A DNA stretch of 64,000 bases from the human T2T-CHM13v2.0 reference genome, Homo sapiens: NCBI RefSeq assembly GCF_009914755.1, contig NC_060948.1, one strand, 5' to 3'. The notes under the pieces were generated by a model. That model did not search any database, was not told the origin of the DNA, and worked only from the letters and a program-made list of their open reading frames with translations. This document shows, piece after piece, positions 12,915 through 25,378 of this stretch. Within the stretch, counting starts at the first letter, position 1; each line of letters begins with the position of its first letter. The translations under genes were made by a program, and so were the position numbers.

Positions 12915-13364
12915 TCAAGGGTTAAATTCTTGAATTGATAATTAATTCCCTGATATGCTTACAATTCTGTTTTTATGAGTACACATTTAAATAAAGCTTT
13001 TGCATCAGTCTGATCGAAAAATTAGTAGAATTAGTTTAAAGGTGTGATTACATCCAACATTTCAAGTTAAAAATATAAAATTGTGATCACACTTAATCCC
13101 TTTGGTTTACAAATAGCATTTTCTCTGATATCATTTTCTGCTAAATTGTATGATATGGTGTAGGGGAAGTATTATCACTAGCCTTCAGGCACTGTCAGTG
13201 TGTGTCTACGCCTTTTATTTTAAAAATGTGAACCCAATGATAAACTTCGAATATTTGATTTAATGTACTATGTGGTGAGCTGATTTTTACACAACAGAGA
13301 ACCTTTGTCTACTCTTAGAAATAGAGCAAAGAAAAATATTTGAATTTTATATTTGAAATAATCT

Positions 13365-13480
13365 TAAGGATCATAGAATCCAAGTTCTTTATTGTGTAAT
13401 GGGAAAACTAAGTTTTAAAGCAGATGTGACTTACCCACAATCACACATTTATTCAGTTGTGGAACAAAGAATATAATCTG
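13365..13480 (-). mobile_element. MIR relic
   Basis: ATGGGAAAACTAAG...GTGACTTACCCACAATCACACA resembles the antisense MIR core. Confidence 0.6.
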
Positions 13481-14714
13481 AAAGAAAAATTATTGGACAA
13501 ATAATATCCATCTATCAGATTCTAGCCAGAATGGGGTTAACATCAGAAAACTCTATACTATCAGAGAAGACTGCATTGATTTAAAGTACAAATAATGTTA
13601 TCTTCCATCAACATACATGAAAGACGAGTCTTAGAAAATTCTTATCTCTCTGTATATATAACACTTTTTTCAATAAAAATGTAAATCATATTACTTGTGT
13701 TTTATCAATTCTCATTTTGAGAATGGATAGCAAAAAAATTGAAAATAATAGTTCTCATATGTTAATGCAAGGAAAAAAAATAAGGTCATGCCAAATTCCC
13801 CATTTTCTTCTACAAATTACAGATGTTATTTCAGTCTAAATTAAGTTGCTATGTAGTAATAATCCATTTAGGTGGAGAAAAATATCCAAGTTTACATTCA
13901 TATTAGGAACTATGTAAAACATGTAGGTGTCTGATGAAATTTTGTGTTTCCTTGCAGTATTTCAAACCATACAATTATTTCATCACTGCCCTCCATTTAC
14001 GCAAGTATATTCCCTTTAACTTAAAAAATAGTATATCTGAAAGTGAGCTTTAGATACTGTCCTTCATATTGGGTCTATGTCTGCAGGGGCAAAGAGACCA
14101 CATATCATCTAGTCAGCACTCAATTATTATATTTCAAATGCTTGTTGCCTGAAATACCCATCTTTTGTTCTCCTCACTGTGTCTTTGCAACGCGCCTTAG
14201 CACAGTATCTTATTGACCTCCTTGGAGCACTAAGATCATTCACTGCATGGGAAGAAATGATTTTCCTCCTCAGCATGGACATATTTACTGCACCTTTAGG
14301 GAAGCCCAGCAAAAAAGAAGCAGCTTCCAGATAGTTTTGTTAGAAAATACTATTACAGAAATTCTGCATAAATTCCGTTTTAGGAATTGTTAACTCTTTC
14401 TGTGAATTTAAGTAGTATTAAGGTGATTTGGCAAGAACTGTGAAAATTAATGATTGATTTCTCTATTGGCTCATAACTGTCAAGATTCTTGGATAAACTA
14501 TTTAGAACACGACATAAAAGATAAGAGATTAGTAGTAAAAGGAAACGGTTATAAAATAAAACATGTTGAAATAATAGCAGATATTTTTTAAATGTTGCTT
14601 ACTTAAGGTAATATTTGTTATGGAAAGATGCTATCGAAATGCAGATTCTACTTCTCACCTGGAGTTTCTAAGGGAAGATTAAATTGTAATCTTAGAAAAA
14701 AAATGTGAATGAAT

Positions 14715-14800
14715 GTCTCTCTCTTCCTTCCTCCCTTTCTCCCTGTCTCCCTCTCTCTCTCCATCCCTCGCTCTCCCTTCTTCTTCTTTTCTTACCTCCT
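14715..14800. repeat. CT-rich low-complexity tract
   Basis: About 85 bp of near-pure pyrimidines. Confidence 0.85.
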
Positions 14801-14938
14801 TAACATTTTGAATGTTTCTAGTAACTTTTCTTATACCATTATGAGGATTTATATTTAGTGTTTATTTTTCCTGTCGAGGCCTTTAGAAGGTAAACATTTA
14901 CCTTGAGAAAAAAATGATAGTTGTACATTTTTTTCTAA

Positions 14939-15139
<201 letters not shown>

Positions 15140-15406
15140 TAAGAATTTTAACATCTATTAAAATGTCATTTTGGCAATACAGAAATTACATTAACATGTT
15201 TATTCTATTTTTGTAAAGTGTCAATAGCTTCAATATATGTAAAAGGTGATTAAAACCAAAAGCCTTTTTAAAAAGGAGATGATCTGGTTTCTTCCTTCCT
15301 CACAATCCAAGTTTAAATTGTGCATTGTCATCTATAAAATACTCTTAAAGGAAAGAACTCATTCCTTTCCTGCAATTCTATTTTTTTTAATTCTTTCCTT
15401 TTCTAA

Positions 15407-15707
15407 GTTTTGTTTGTTTGTTTGTTTTGAGACATCCTTTCAGTTGTCCAGGCTGGAGTGCAGTGACACAATCATGGCTCACTGCTCGCTTGACCTCCCC
15501 AGGCTTACGTGATCCTCGCACCTCAGCCTCCTGAGTAGCTGGGACTTCCGGCAGGCACCACCACTCCTGGCTAATTTTTGTAGTTTTTGTAGAGACAGGG
15601 TTTCACTATGTTGCTCAGGCTGATCTCAGACTCCTGGGCTCAAGCAATCCACTAGCTTCAGCTTCCCAAAGTGCTGGGATTGCAGGCATGAGCCATCGCA
15701 CACAGCC
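15407..15707 (-). mobile_element. AluJ full length with (TTTG)n tail
   Basis: J-type motifs CAATCATGGCTCACTG and CTCCTGGGCTCAAGCAATCC. Confidence 0.93.
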
Positions 15708-17034
15708 CCTAAAATTCTCTTATCTAGCCTTCTGGCATCTTATCATCAGCGTGTGGAATGATAGTTGCTGATGTTGTCAAACCTATGATAACATGATGAA
15801 GTTCCCAAAGTTAATTTCGGTTAACACTAGCACCTTCTGAAATGTGAGCCAATTTCAATACTGCAATGCCAAGCTTTCCTTTCAGCCATTTTGCCCTTAT
15901 CTCCCACAATGCTATAGAAAGTAGTGATCTTAAAAGATGACAGAGCCAACACCAAATGACATAAATTCTACTTAAAATGTTTGCTCATAGGATCAAAGAA
16001 GAAAAAGGTACACTTGTTTTTCAGTGACATGTTCGATCCATCATTAGAGAATATTGCAAGCATTACTAGAGTTATTAAAATTATTCATTTTAAATTATTA
16101 AAATTATGTCAGCTGAAACAGTCAAAACATAAATTAAAGGCTCAGAAGGTCTTTAAAAATATCTAATCAGTTTTGTTAATGTGTGAAAAAAACAGTGCAA
16201 TTGTCATTTATTGAAATCAGGCTTAAAGTGTACCATTCAACAGTTTAAAGCCTACACCAGGTACATCTGATCATTGTAGGACTAGATGCTATATAAAAAA
16301 TGATTCACTATATATTCTCACAAGGCACATTATGCAACTCCAAAATACTCTCTTTCAGTACTTTATGAGGGACACAAATGTGTAATTGTCAAATATGACA
16401 ATAATGTCTAATTAAGAAAGTACATATACATATATAATATGTATATGTATGCACATACATTTGACTTTGCTTTTCTAACTTAAAATTTAACTTAATGCCT
16501 TACATTGCCTTATTTTGTAGCACTCATTTATAATTTCGTCTTGAACATGAAATGGACTTTCACTTCATTTCATTTGCTGCTTACTTAGAAAGTATCATGA
16601 TTTCAGTTCAATGTGAAAATGCTACCTGTATTGTTCAACCTGAAATTAAGTGTCTCTGTTCAGTGCTTACATTTACTTTCAACACAGTTTCTTTATGTGT
16701 GTAAATGAGTTCTGAAACAATAGAAAAAATGAGAAGTTGCATGAAAATGATGAACATTTTCAAATTCGTGATCTAAATTCAGATTCACCGAGTTCCTCTG
16801 TAAAATACTTGTTAAGAAAACATGTATTTCTCACCATGAGTAGTGCCTTTTTTCCTGTGGTTTATCTATTTAGAACAAAACTTTAATGATTTATTTAATC
16901 TCTCCCTAAGATCCTTTTCACGATGGCGAAAGAGAGCAAAAAACATCTATGGTTCAGAATAAATAAAACAAAGTCATCTCACTGAAATATACATAAAAAG
17001 AAACTCAAGTATATTATTAAAAAGCAGCATATGT

Positions 17035-17490
17035 ATTTTTATTTAATATATTTTAATAGACATAATAATTGAACATATTTATGGGGTACATAGTGATGTT
17101 TTGATACATACAATGCATAGTGATCAAATCAGGGTAATTAGCATATCAGTCACTTAAAGCATTTATGATTTCTTGTAGTGGGAATATTCGAAATCCTCTC
17201 GTCTAGCTTTTTGAAAACATATCATAAATTATTGTAAACTAGAGTAATCCTACAGTGCTATAGAATGCTAGAACTTAATCTTCCTATCTAGTTGTAATTT
17301 TGTATCCTTTAATGAATGTCTCCCTCTCTCCTCTTCTCCCTACCCTTTGTAGCTTCTAGTAACCGCAATTCTACTCTCTACTTACGTGGGATCAAATTTT
17401 TAGTTTCCAAATATAAGTGGAAACATGCGGTATTAATCCTTTGTGCCTGGTTTATTTCACTTAGTATAATATGCTTCAGGCTCACCCATA
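17035..17490 (-). mobile_element. L1MA (about MA6-8) 3' end
   Basis: CATATTTATGGGGTACATAGTGATGTTTTGATACAT...GATCAAATCAGGGTAATTAGCATATC 3'UTR motifs. Confidence 0.85.
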
Positions 17491-17671
17491 TCTGTGTATT
17501 CATTTAAAAAGCATATTAAATGTGCTATGAAATAAAGGGTTTGCATTTTTCCTATTGTAATATCATAAATATCTTCCTTGGATATCTAGGTACTCTCTCA
17601 CTTATATAGTTAAAAAATAAACCCATGATTATTTTAGTATAAATTTCTGGAATAGTTTTCTTTCTGAATTT

Positions 17672-20600
17672 TTTAAATTTTAATTTATTTTTGTATATAG
17701 TAAGTATATATATTTATGTGATACCTTGGATATTTTGAATCAGGCATGCAATATGTAATAATCAAATCATGGAGAATGGGGTACCCATCTCCTCAAGTAT
17801 TTATCCTTTATGTTACAAACCATCCAATTATATTCATTTAGTTATTTTTAAATGTATAATTAAATTATTATCGACTATAGTCATCCTGTTGTGCTATCAA
17901 ATACTTGGTCTTATTAATTCTTTCTAACTATTTTTGCACTCATTAACCATCCCCATCTAAATCCCACCACACACTACCCTTCCCCACCCTGGGTAATCAT
18001 CCTTTTACTTTCTATTTCCATGAGTTCAGTTGTTTTGATTTTTAGATCCCACAAATAAGTTAGAACATATGATGTTTATCTTTCTGTTCCTGGCTTATTT
18101 CACTTAACATAATGATCTCCAGTTCCATTCATATTGTTGCATATGACTGGATCTCATTCTTTTTTATGGCTAAATAGTACTCCATTGTATATATGTACCA
18201 CATTTCTTTCTCTGTTCATCTGTTGATGGAAACTTAGGTTGCTTACAAATCTTAGCTACTGTGAACAGTGCTGCACAAACATAGGAGTGCAAATGTCTCT
18301 TTGATATACTGATTTCCTTTCTTTTTGGTATATGCCAAGCAGGGGAATTGCTGGATCATATGGTAGCTCAATTTTTGTTTTTTTGAAAAAACTCCAAACT
18401 GTTCTCTAGAGTGGTTGTACTAATTTATATTTCCACCATCAGTGTACTAGGGTTCCCTTTACTCTACATCTGTGCTAGCATTTGTTATTGCCTGTGTTTT
18501 GGATAAAAGCCAATTTAACTGGGTTGAGAGGATATCTCATTGTAGTTTTGATTTGTATTTCTTTTTCATATACTTGTTTGACATCTGTATTTCTTCTTTT
18601 GAGAAAGGTCTATTTAAATCTTTTGCCCATTTTTTTTTTGCTCAGATTATTAATTTCCTATAGACTTGTTTGAACTCCTTATATATTCTGTTTATTAATT
18701 TTTGTCAGATGGGTAGGTTGCAAATATTTTCTCCCCTTCTGTGGGTTGTCTCTTCACTTTGTTGATAGCTTCCTCTGCTGTGCAGAAGCTTTTTAACTTA
18801 ATGTGATCTCGTTTGTTTATTTTTGCTTTGGTTGTCTGTGCTTGTACTCATGAAATTTTTGCCCAGACCAATGTCCTAGAGAGTTTCTCCAATGTTTTCT
18901 TGTAGTAGGTTCATAGTTTGAAGTCTTAGATTTAAATATTTAATCCATTTTGATTTTATTTTTGTATAGGATGAGAGGAGGGTCTAGTTTTATTCTCCAT
19001 ACAAATATCCAATTTTCCCAGCCTCATTTATTGAATAAACTTTCTTTTCCCAAGTGTATGTTCTTGGCATTTTTGTCAAAAATGAATTCATTATAAGTGT
19101 GTGGATTTAATTCTGGGTTCTCTATTCTGTTCCATTGGTCTATGTGTCTGTTTTAATGCCACCAGGCTGTGTTGGTTACTATAGCAGTGTAGTATAATTT
19201 GAAGTCAGGTAAGGTGATTCCTCTAGTTTTTTTTTTTTTCCCTCAGGATAGCTTTGATAATTTGGGAATTTTTGTGATTCCATATAAGATTCAGGGTGAT
19301 TTTTCTAGTTCAATGAGTAATGCCACCAGTATTTTGATAAAGATTGCATTGAGTCTGTAGATTGCTTTGAGTATTATGGATGTTTTAACAATATTAATTT
19401 TACCATTTCATGAACATGGAATATCTTTCAATTTTTTGGTGTCCTCCTCAATTTTTTTCATCAGTGTTTTATAGCTTTCATTACAGAGATCTCTCACTTT
19501 TGGTTAATTCCTAGGTATTTACTTTTATTTGTTACTATTGTAAATGCGATAACTTTTTAAAATTTCTCTTACAGATTGTTCCTTGTTGGCATATAAAAAT
19601 ACTACTGCATGTTAATTTTTTATCCTGCAACTTTACTGACCTTGTTCATGAGTTCTAACAGTTTCGTTCGTGCAGTCTTAGGTTTTTCCAAATATAAGAT
19701 CATATCAGCTATAAACAAGGATAATTTGATTTCTTTCACTCCAGTTTTGATGCCCTTTGTATCTTCTCCTGTATGATTGTTCTAGCTAGTTCTTGCTACT
19801 ATGTTGAATTACAGCAGTGAAAGTGGGCATCCTTTCAAGTTTCAGGTGTTAGAGAATAGGATTTCCATTTTTCCCCATTCAGTATGATACTTGCTGAGGT
19901 TCTGTCATACATGGCTTTTATTGCATTGATGTATGTTCCTTCTATACCCATTTCTTTGAGGGTTTTTAATCATAAAGGAATGCTAAATTTTTTCATATAC
20001 TTTCAGCATCAGTTGAAAACATCATATGGATTTTATCCTACCTTCTGTTTATATGATTTATCACATTGATTGATTTGTGTGTGTTGAACCACTCTTGCAT
20101 CCCAGGGGTAAATCTCACTTGGTTATAATGAATAATCTTTCTATTGTGTTTTTGAATTTGGTTTGCTAGTATTTTCTTGGAAATTTTTGCATCAATACTC
20201 ATCACGGATATTGTCCTGCAATTTTCGTGTGTGTGTGTGTGTGTGTTTCTTGATGTGCCTTTGTCTGCTTTTGGTATCAGGATAATATTGGCCTCATAGA
20301 ATGAATTTGAAAGTATTCCATCTACCTCTATTTTTAAGAATTGTTTGAGTAGCATCCTTATTAGCTTTTCTTTACATGTTTGGTAGAATTCAGCGTTGAA
20401 GTCGTCGGGTCTCGGGCTTTTTTAACTGGGATTTTTTTTTTTTATTAAGACTTTGGTCTCATTACTTGTTATTTGTCTGTTCAGGTTTCAGAGTACTTCC
20501 TAATTCAATTTTATTGGGTTGTGCATGTCTTGGAATTTGTCTATTTCTTCTAGATTTTCCAATTTATAGGCATATAGTTGCTCATAGTAGCCACTAATGA

Positions 20601-21026
20601 CCCTTTGAATTTCTTGCAGCATCAGTTGTAGCGTCTTCTTTAGCATTTCTAGTTTTACATATTTGAATCTTCTCCTTTTTTATTAGTCAGTCTAGCTAAA
20701 AGTTTGTCAATTTGTTTAACTTTCCCAAAAACCAACTTTTTTCACTCATCTTTTGTATTGTTTTCATTTTAATTTTATTTATTTCTATTCTAATCTTTTT
20801 TTTCTTATACTAATTTTGGTTTGGAATGCTTTTGATTTCCTAGTTCTTTAAGATGCATCATTAGATTGTTTATTTGAAGTTTTTCTCCTCTTTTTTGATG
20901 TAGGCAAATATAGCTATAAACTTTCTTCTTAACACTGCTTTTGCTGTATCCCATAGGTTTTGGTGTTATATTTCCATTATCATTCAATAGGTGGAGTTTT
21001 CTATTCCACCATCTTGCTCCCCCTCC
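17672..21026 (-). mobile_element. L1MA2/3: 3'UTR plus post-endonuclease ORF2 joined to its first ~42 nt
   Basis: ORF2 peptides [18 protein letters not shown] and PGMQEWFN; 5' terminus rc GGAGGGGGAGCAAGATGGTGGAATAG at 21000-21026; putative TSD TTTCT(G/T)AATTT; (TG)n at 20227-20246. Confidence 0.92.
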
Positions 21027-21609
21027 TTTCTTAATTTCTGGAGTTCTAGATAAACTTTCAAAACCACCCACTGTGTTACTCAGAATAGAGAATATGAATG
21101 TGTTGCAGAAGTGACAAAAATTCAGGAGTGAAAGCTTGGTAAATTCAGTATCTCATTCTCCATTATGGGAAAATATTCTTTATTTACACAGAGTCAGTTT
21201 TACTCAAATTGGAAGAACACTAGATCTTCACTGTTAATCAACCAAGAAAAAATTTTTTAATCATAGAACAGTCGGTTTTAGAGGTAGAATATGCCTTGAT
21301 TCTTCTCAACATTTTTCACCAACGTATCTCTATCTGCAAAGAAGAGTTAACTGGCCACTCTGATGACCTGTAAGTTCCTCAAAACATACTATTTATTGTA
21401 AGTATTGTGTTTTAGTTGTGGAAAACAAAGATATTCTACATTCTACTCTTCAATGTCTTGTATACAGCAAGAAGAGGAAATGCCACCTTTCTATGCCATA
21501 TTTTATGCATGCCACTTTCTTTAAATCAGTTAAAAGACTTGCATTATTTACAGCTAAACACTAAAATTTAGCCTGATATTCCAGGCCCTAAAGAATTTTT
21601 TAAAAATTA

Positions 21610-21668
21610 CTATTATTATTTTTAAAAATTTTATGGGTACAGGGTAGGGGTATTTATTTATGGGGAAA
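21610..21668 (-). mobile_element. Very short L1MA 3'-terminal fragment
   Basis: AATTTTATGGGTACAGGGTAGGGGTATTTATTTATGGGG matches the antisense L1MA1-3 tail seen at about 33110-33156. Confidence 0.6.
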
Positions 21669-22129
21669 ATGGCATAACCTAGTTAAAGCCTTAAACCCCT
21701 TAGAATCAGAGGGACTTTATTAATTACATAGTTCAAACATATATATCTAACTATAACCCCTTCGATAATCCTCCATTTTTATAAACTATTCTTCAGCCTA
21801 TAGCACTTAGCAACTCTTAATTTTTAAATTGATATATTATTAATTTTTGAATTGAATATCACCTCTTTGCTCTGAATTTTTTATTAACTCTTTAATGGCT
21901 ACAAAAAATAATTGAAATAAGTTTGTTCTTATCATCTGTTTTCTGTTTTCTATAACTTACACCTATTTTTGTCATTTTCTATATGGCATATTCTTCTCCT
22001 AATGTGAACTGTGAACTAAGAAGGATCCTGCAAAGGAGCCTCACTTTCTTCTTGGCATGCCTTTATATAAGCTAGCTCTTCCCACTGTCAACTTCCCACT
22101 TCCCACCAAACTTTCCATACTGTCTAAGG

Positions 22130-22340
22130 TTATTCTTTGTTTCCTTAGCCCTCCAAAGCCTCTCAGTTCTCATTTTAGCACTTTCTAGTGTAATTAACTT
22201 GTTTACAAACGCGTATTCTCTATTATAATATCAGAGCCTGAGTAGCAGGGTTTCGCGATGTGTATTTTTGTTTCTGCAATGCTTAACCCAACACCTGGTG
22301 CAACATAGGAACCTCATAACTTTTAAAATGCATGCTGAAT
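22130..22340 (+). mobile_element. L2 3' end relic
   Basis: AGCAGGG...TTTTGTTTCTGC...CAACACCTGGTGCAACATAGGAACCTCA...GCTGAAT resembles the L2 terminus. Confidence 0.55.
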
Positions 22341-22344
22341 AATA

Positions 22345-22500
22345 GTATCAGAAAGAATCTTAGAGATCATCCAGTTCTACATCTTCACTATTAAAGAAAA
22401 TAAAATTAAGGCCCACACAGCAGAAGTGGTTTGCTAAGTTTATAAGGTTTAAACTTTGTTTGAAATGGAAGGGAATTTTTAATTCAAGTGCATAGTCTAA
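22345..22500 (-). mobile_element. MIR/MIR3 relic
   Basis: AATCTTAGAGATCATCCAGTTC...AAATTAAGGCCCA resembles antisense MIR3. Confidence 0.55.
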
Positions 22501-23043
22501 AACACAGAAGAAATATTTGATTTGACCTTCAGTACTTCTTTTAAATATGTACCTAGGATCTATCATGATGATATTTTAACATTCACATAAAAAATTAGGT
22601 TTATGATAGGGAGGTTATTTTTCAACTTCTCAAGGGACCTGAAATTTTGACAGAAAAATGTCTAATATTTTCTGGAATATAATAATACTGTAATCCTGAT
22701 ATAACCAAAGGAAATACAAATCATACAGATTAGAGACTTCAATGGAATATTTTAAAGTTTATTGTAGGCAGTGCTTGCAGTTTGGAGACGTCTGAGGTCT
22801 GAGATCTTAAACTAACACATTCATGACTTCAGATAACTGGTGCTATGGCTATTGTATTTCCAAAGCCATAGTTTCCCTTATGAAACAGCTGCTTGGTATT
22901 TGCATAGCACTTGCATTACCATCCCTTCTATTCAATTTTAGAAAGGTTCTGTCCTTCTCTGATTAAAAGAATTATTGATCAAAAGTCTTATTTCATAAGC
23001 TATTATGACAGAGGCTCCTGGAAGGTCCTTTTGGCTAAACACA

Positions 23044-25378
23044 TGTATTAGCTCATTCTCACACTGCTATGAAGAAATACCCAAAACTGGGTAATTTGTA
23101 AAGGTAAGAGGTATGATTGACTCACAATTTCACATTGCTGTGGAGGCCTCAGGAAACTTACAATTATGGCAGAAGCCAAAGCAAGCACCATCTTTGCAGG
23201 GTGACAGAAAGGAGTGAGTGCTGAGCAAAATGTAAAAAGCCACTTATAAAACTATCAGATCTTGTGAGAACTCACTATCATGAGAACAGCATGGGGGTAA
23301 CCACCAACATGAGCCAATTACCTCCCACTGGGTCCCTCCCATGACATGTAGGGATCATGAGAAAAATAATTCAAGATAAGATTTGGGTGGAGACACAGCC
23401 AAACCACACAATTCCACCCCTGTCCCCACCCAAATCTTATATACTCACACTTCAAAACACAATAATACCTTTCCAACAGTCCCCCAGAGTTTTAGCTCAT
23501 TCCAGCATTAACCCAAAAGTCCAAGTCCAAAGTCTCATCCAAGACAAGGCAAGTCACTTCTGCCTGTGAGCCTGTAAAATCAAAAGCAAGTTAGTTATTT
23601 CCTGGAAACAATGAAAGTATGGAAATTGGGTAATTCTATCTGTTCCAAGTGAGATAAATTGGCAAAAACCAAGAGGCTACAGAACCTATGCAAGTACAAA
23701 ACCCAACAGAGAAGTCAATAAATCTTAACACTCCAAAGCGATTTTCTTTAACTCCATGTCTCACATCCAGGTCACACTGATGCAAGAGGTGGACTCTCAT
23801 GATCTTAGGCTGGTCCACGCCTGTGGCTTTGTAGGGTACAGCCCTGCTCTGGGCTGCTTTCACAGGCTGGAATTTAGTGTCTGCAGCTTTTCCAGGTGCA
23901 CATTGCAATCTGTTGGTGGACCTACCATTCTGGGGTCTGTGACCCTCTTCTCACAGCTCCACTAGGCAGTGCCCCAAAGGGGACTTTGTGTGAGGGCTCC
24001 AATTTCACATTTCCCTTCTGCACTGCCCTAGAAGAGGTTCTCCATGAGGGCTCCACCCATGCAGCAAACTTCTGCCTGGCTATCCAGGTGTTTCCATACA
24101 TCCTCTGAAATCTAGTTGAAGGTTCCCAAAACTCAATTTTTCACTCTGTGCACCAGAAAGCCCAACACCATGTATAATTCACCAAGGCTTGGGGCTTGCA
24201 CCCTCTGAAGCAACTTCCTTAGCTGTATGTTGACCTCTTCTAGCCATGGCTGAGACTGAAGCAGCTGGGATGCAAGGCACCATGCCCTGAGGCTGCACAG
24301 AGAAGGGCCCTGGGCCCAGCCCATGAAACCATTTTTCCTTCTAGGCCTCCAGGTCTTTGATGGAAAGAATTGCTGTGAAGGTCTCTGACATGCTCTGCAG
24401 ACATTTCACCCACTGCCTTGGGAATTAGCATTCAGCTCCTTGTTAATTAGGCAAATTTCTGCAGAAGGCTTGAATTTCTCCCCCAGAAAATGAAATGGAT
24501 TTCTCCTTTCTATTGCACCATGAAGCTGAAAATTTTCCAAACGTTTATGCTCTGCTTCCTCTTAATGCTTTGCCACTTAGAAATTTCTTCTGCCAGATAC
24601 CCTAAATCATCTCTCTCAAGTTCAAAGTTCCACAGATCTCTAGAGCAGGGGCAAAATCCCACCAGTCTCTTCACTAAAGCACAGCAAGAATCATATTTAT
24701 TCCAATACCCAAGAAATTTTTTTTCTCCATTTGAAACCACCTCAGCTTGGACTGCGTTGTCTATATCACTATCAGCACTTTGGTCAAAGCCATTCAACAA
24801 GTCTCTGGGAAGTTCTAAACTTTCCCACATTTTCCTGTCTACTTCTGAGCCCTCCAAGCCTCTATGAAGGTCCAAACTTTCCCATATTTTTCTATCTTCT
24901 TTAGAGCCCTCCAAGCTGTTTCAATCTCTGCCTGTTACCCAGTTCCAAAGTTGCTTCCACATTTTCTAATGTCTTTATAGCAGTGCACCAGTACCTTGGT
25001 ACCAATTTACTGTATTAGTTTATTCTCACAGTGACATGAAAAAAAAACCTAGGGTGAATAATTTATAAAGGGAAGAGGTTTAATTGACTCACAGTTCTGC
25101 ATTGCTGGGGAGACCTCAGGAAACTTACAATTATGGCAAAAGGCAAAGCAGGCACTTTCTTCACAGGGTGGCTGGATGGAGTGAGTGCTGAGCAAAGGGG
25201 GAAAAGCCCTTTATAATACCATCTGATCTTGTGAGAACTCACTAACATGAGAACAGCATGGGGATAACCACCCTTATGATTCAATTATCTCCCACTTGTT
25301 CTCTCCCACAGCATATGGAGATTATGGAAACTACAATTCAAAATGAGATTTGAGTGGAGACACAGCCAAACCATATCA
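23044..25378 (-). mobile_element. THE1D-like MaLR: LTR 23044-23410, internal region, LTR 25011-25378
   Basis: Two direct LTRs (TGTATTAG...CCAAACCA), THE1-int peptide RKMWESLELPRDLLNGFDQ, perfect 5-bp TSD ACACA at 23039 and 25379. Confidence 0.96.
25277..25287 (-). promoter_or_regulatory. DUX4-type motif in the THE1D 5' LTR
   Basis: TGATTCAATTA is the reverse complement of TAATTGAATCA; the sister LTR carries the mutated TGAGCCAATTA. Motif only, binding not shown. Confidence 0.55.

Noticed and set aside
13958-14042. Plus-strand 85-nt exon-like segment (TTCCTTGCAG|TAT...AAA|GTGAGC)
   Set aside because: Sites are plausible and one frame is open, but it is very AT-rich, has no partner exon and no recognisable peptide; such pseudo-exons are expected by chance.
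14659-14667. Possible 9-nt minus-strand microexon (CCCTTAG|AAACTCCAG|GTGAGA)
   Set aside because: Short pyrimidine tract and no upstream TGC motif typical of neural microexons; cannot be separated from chance.
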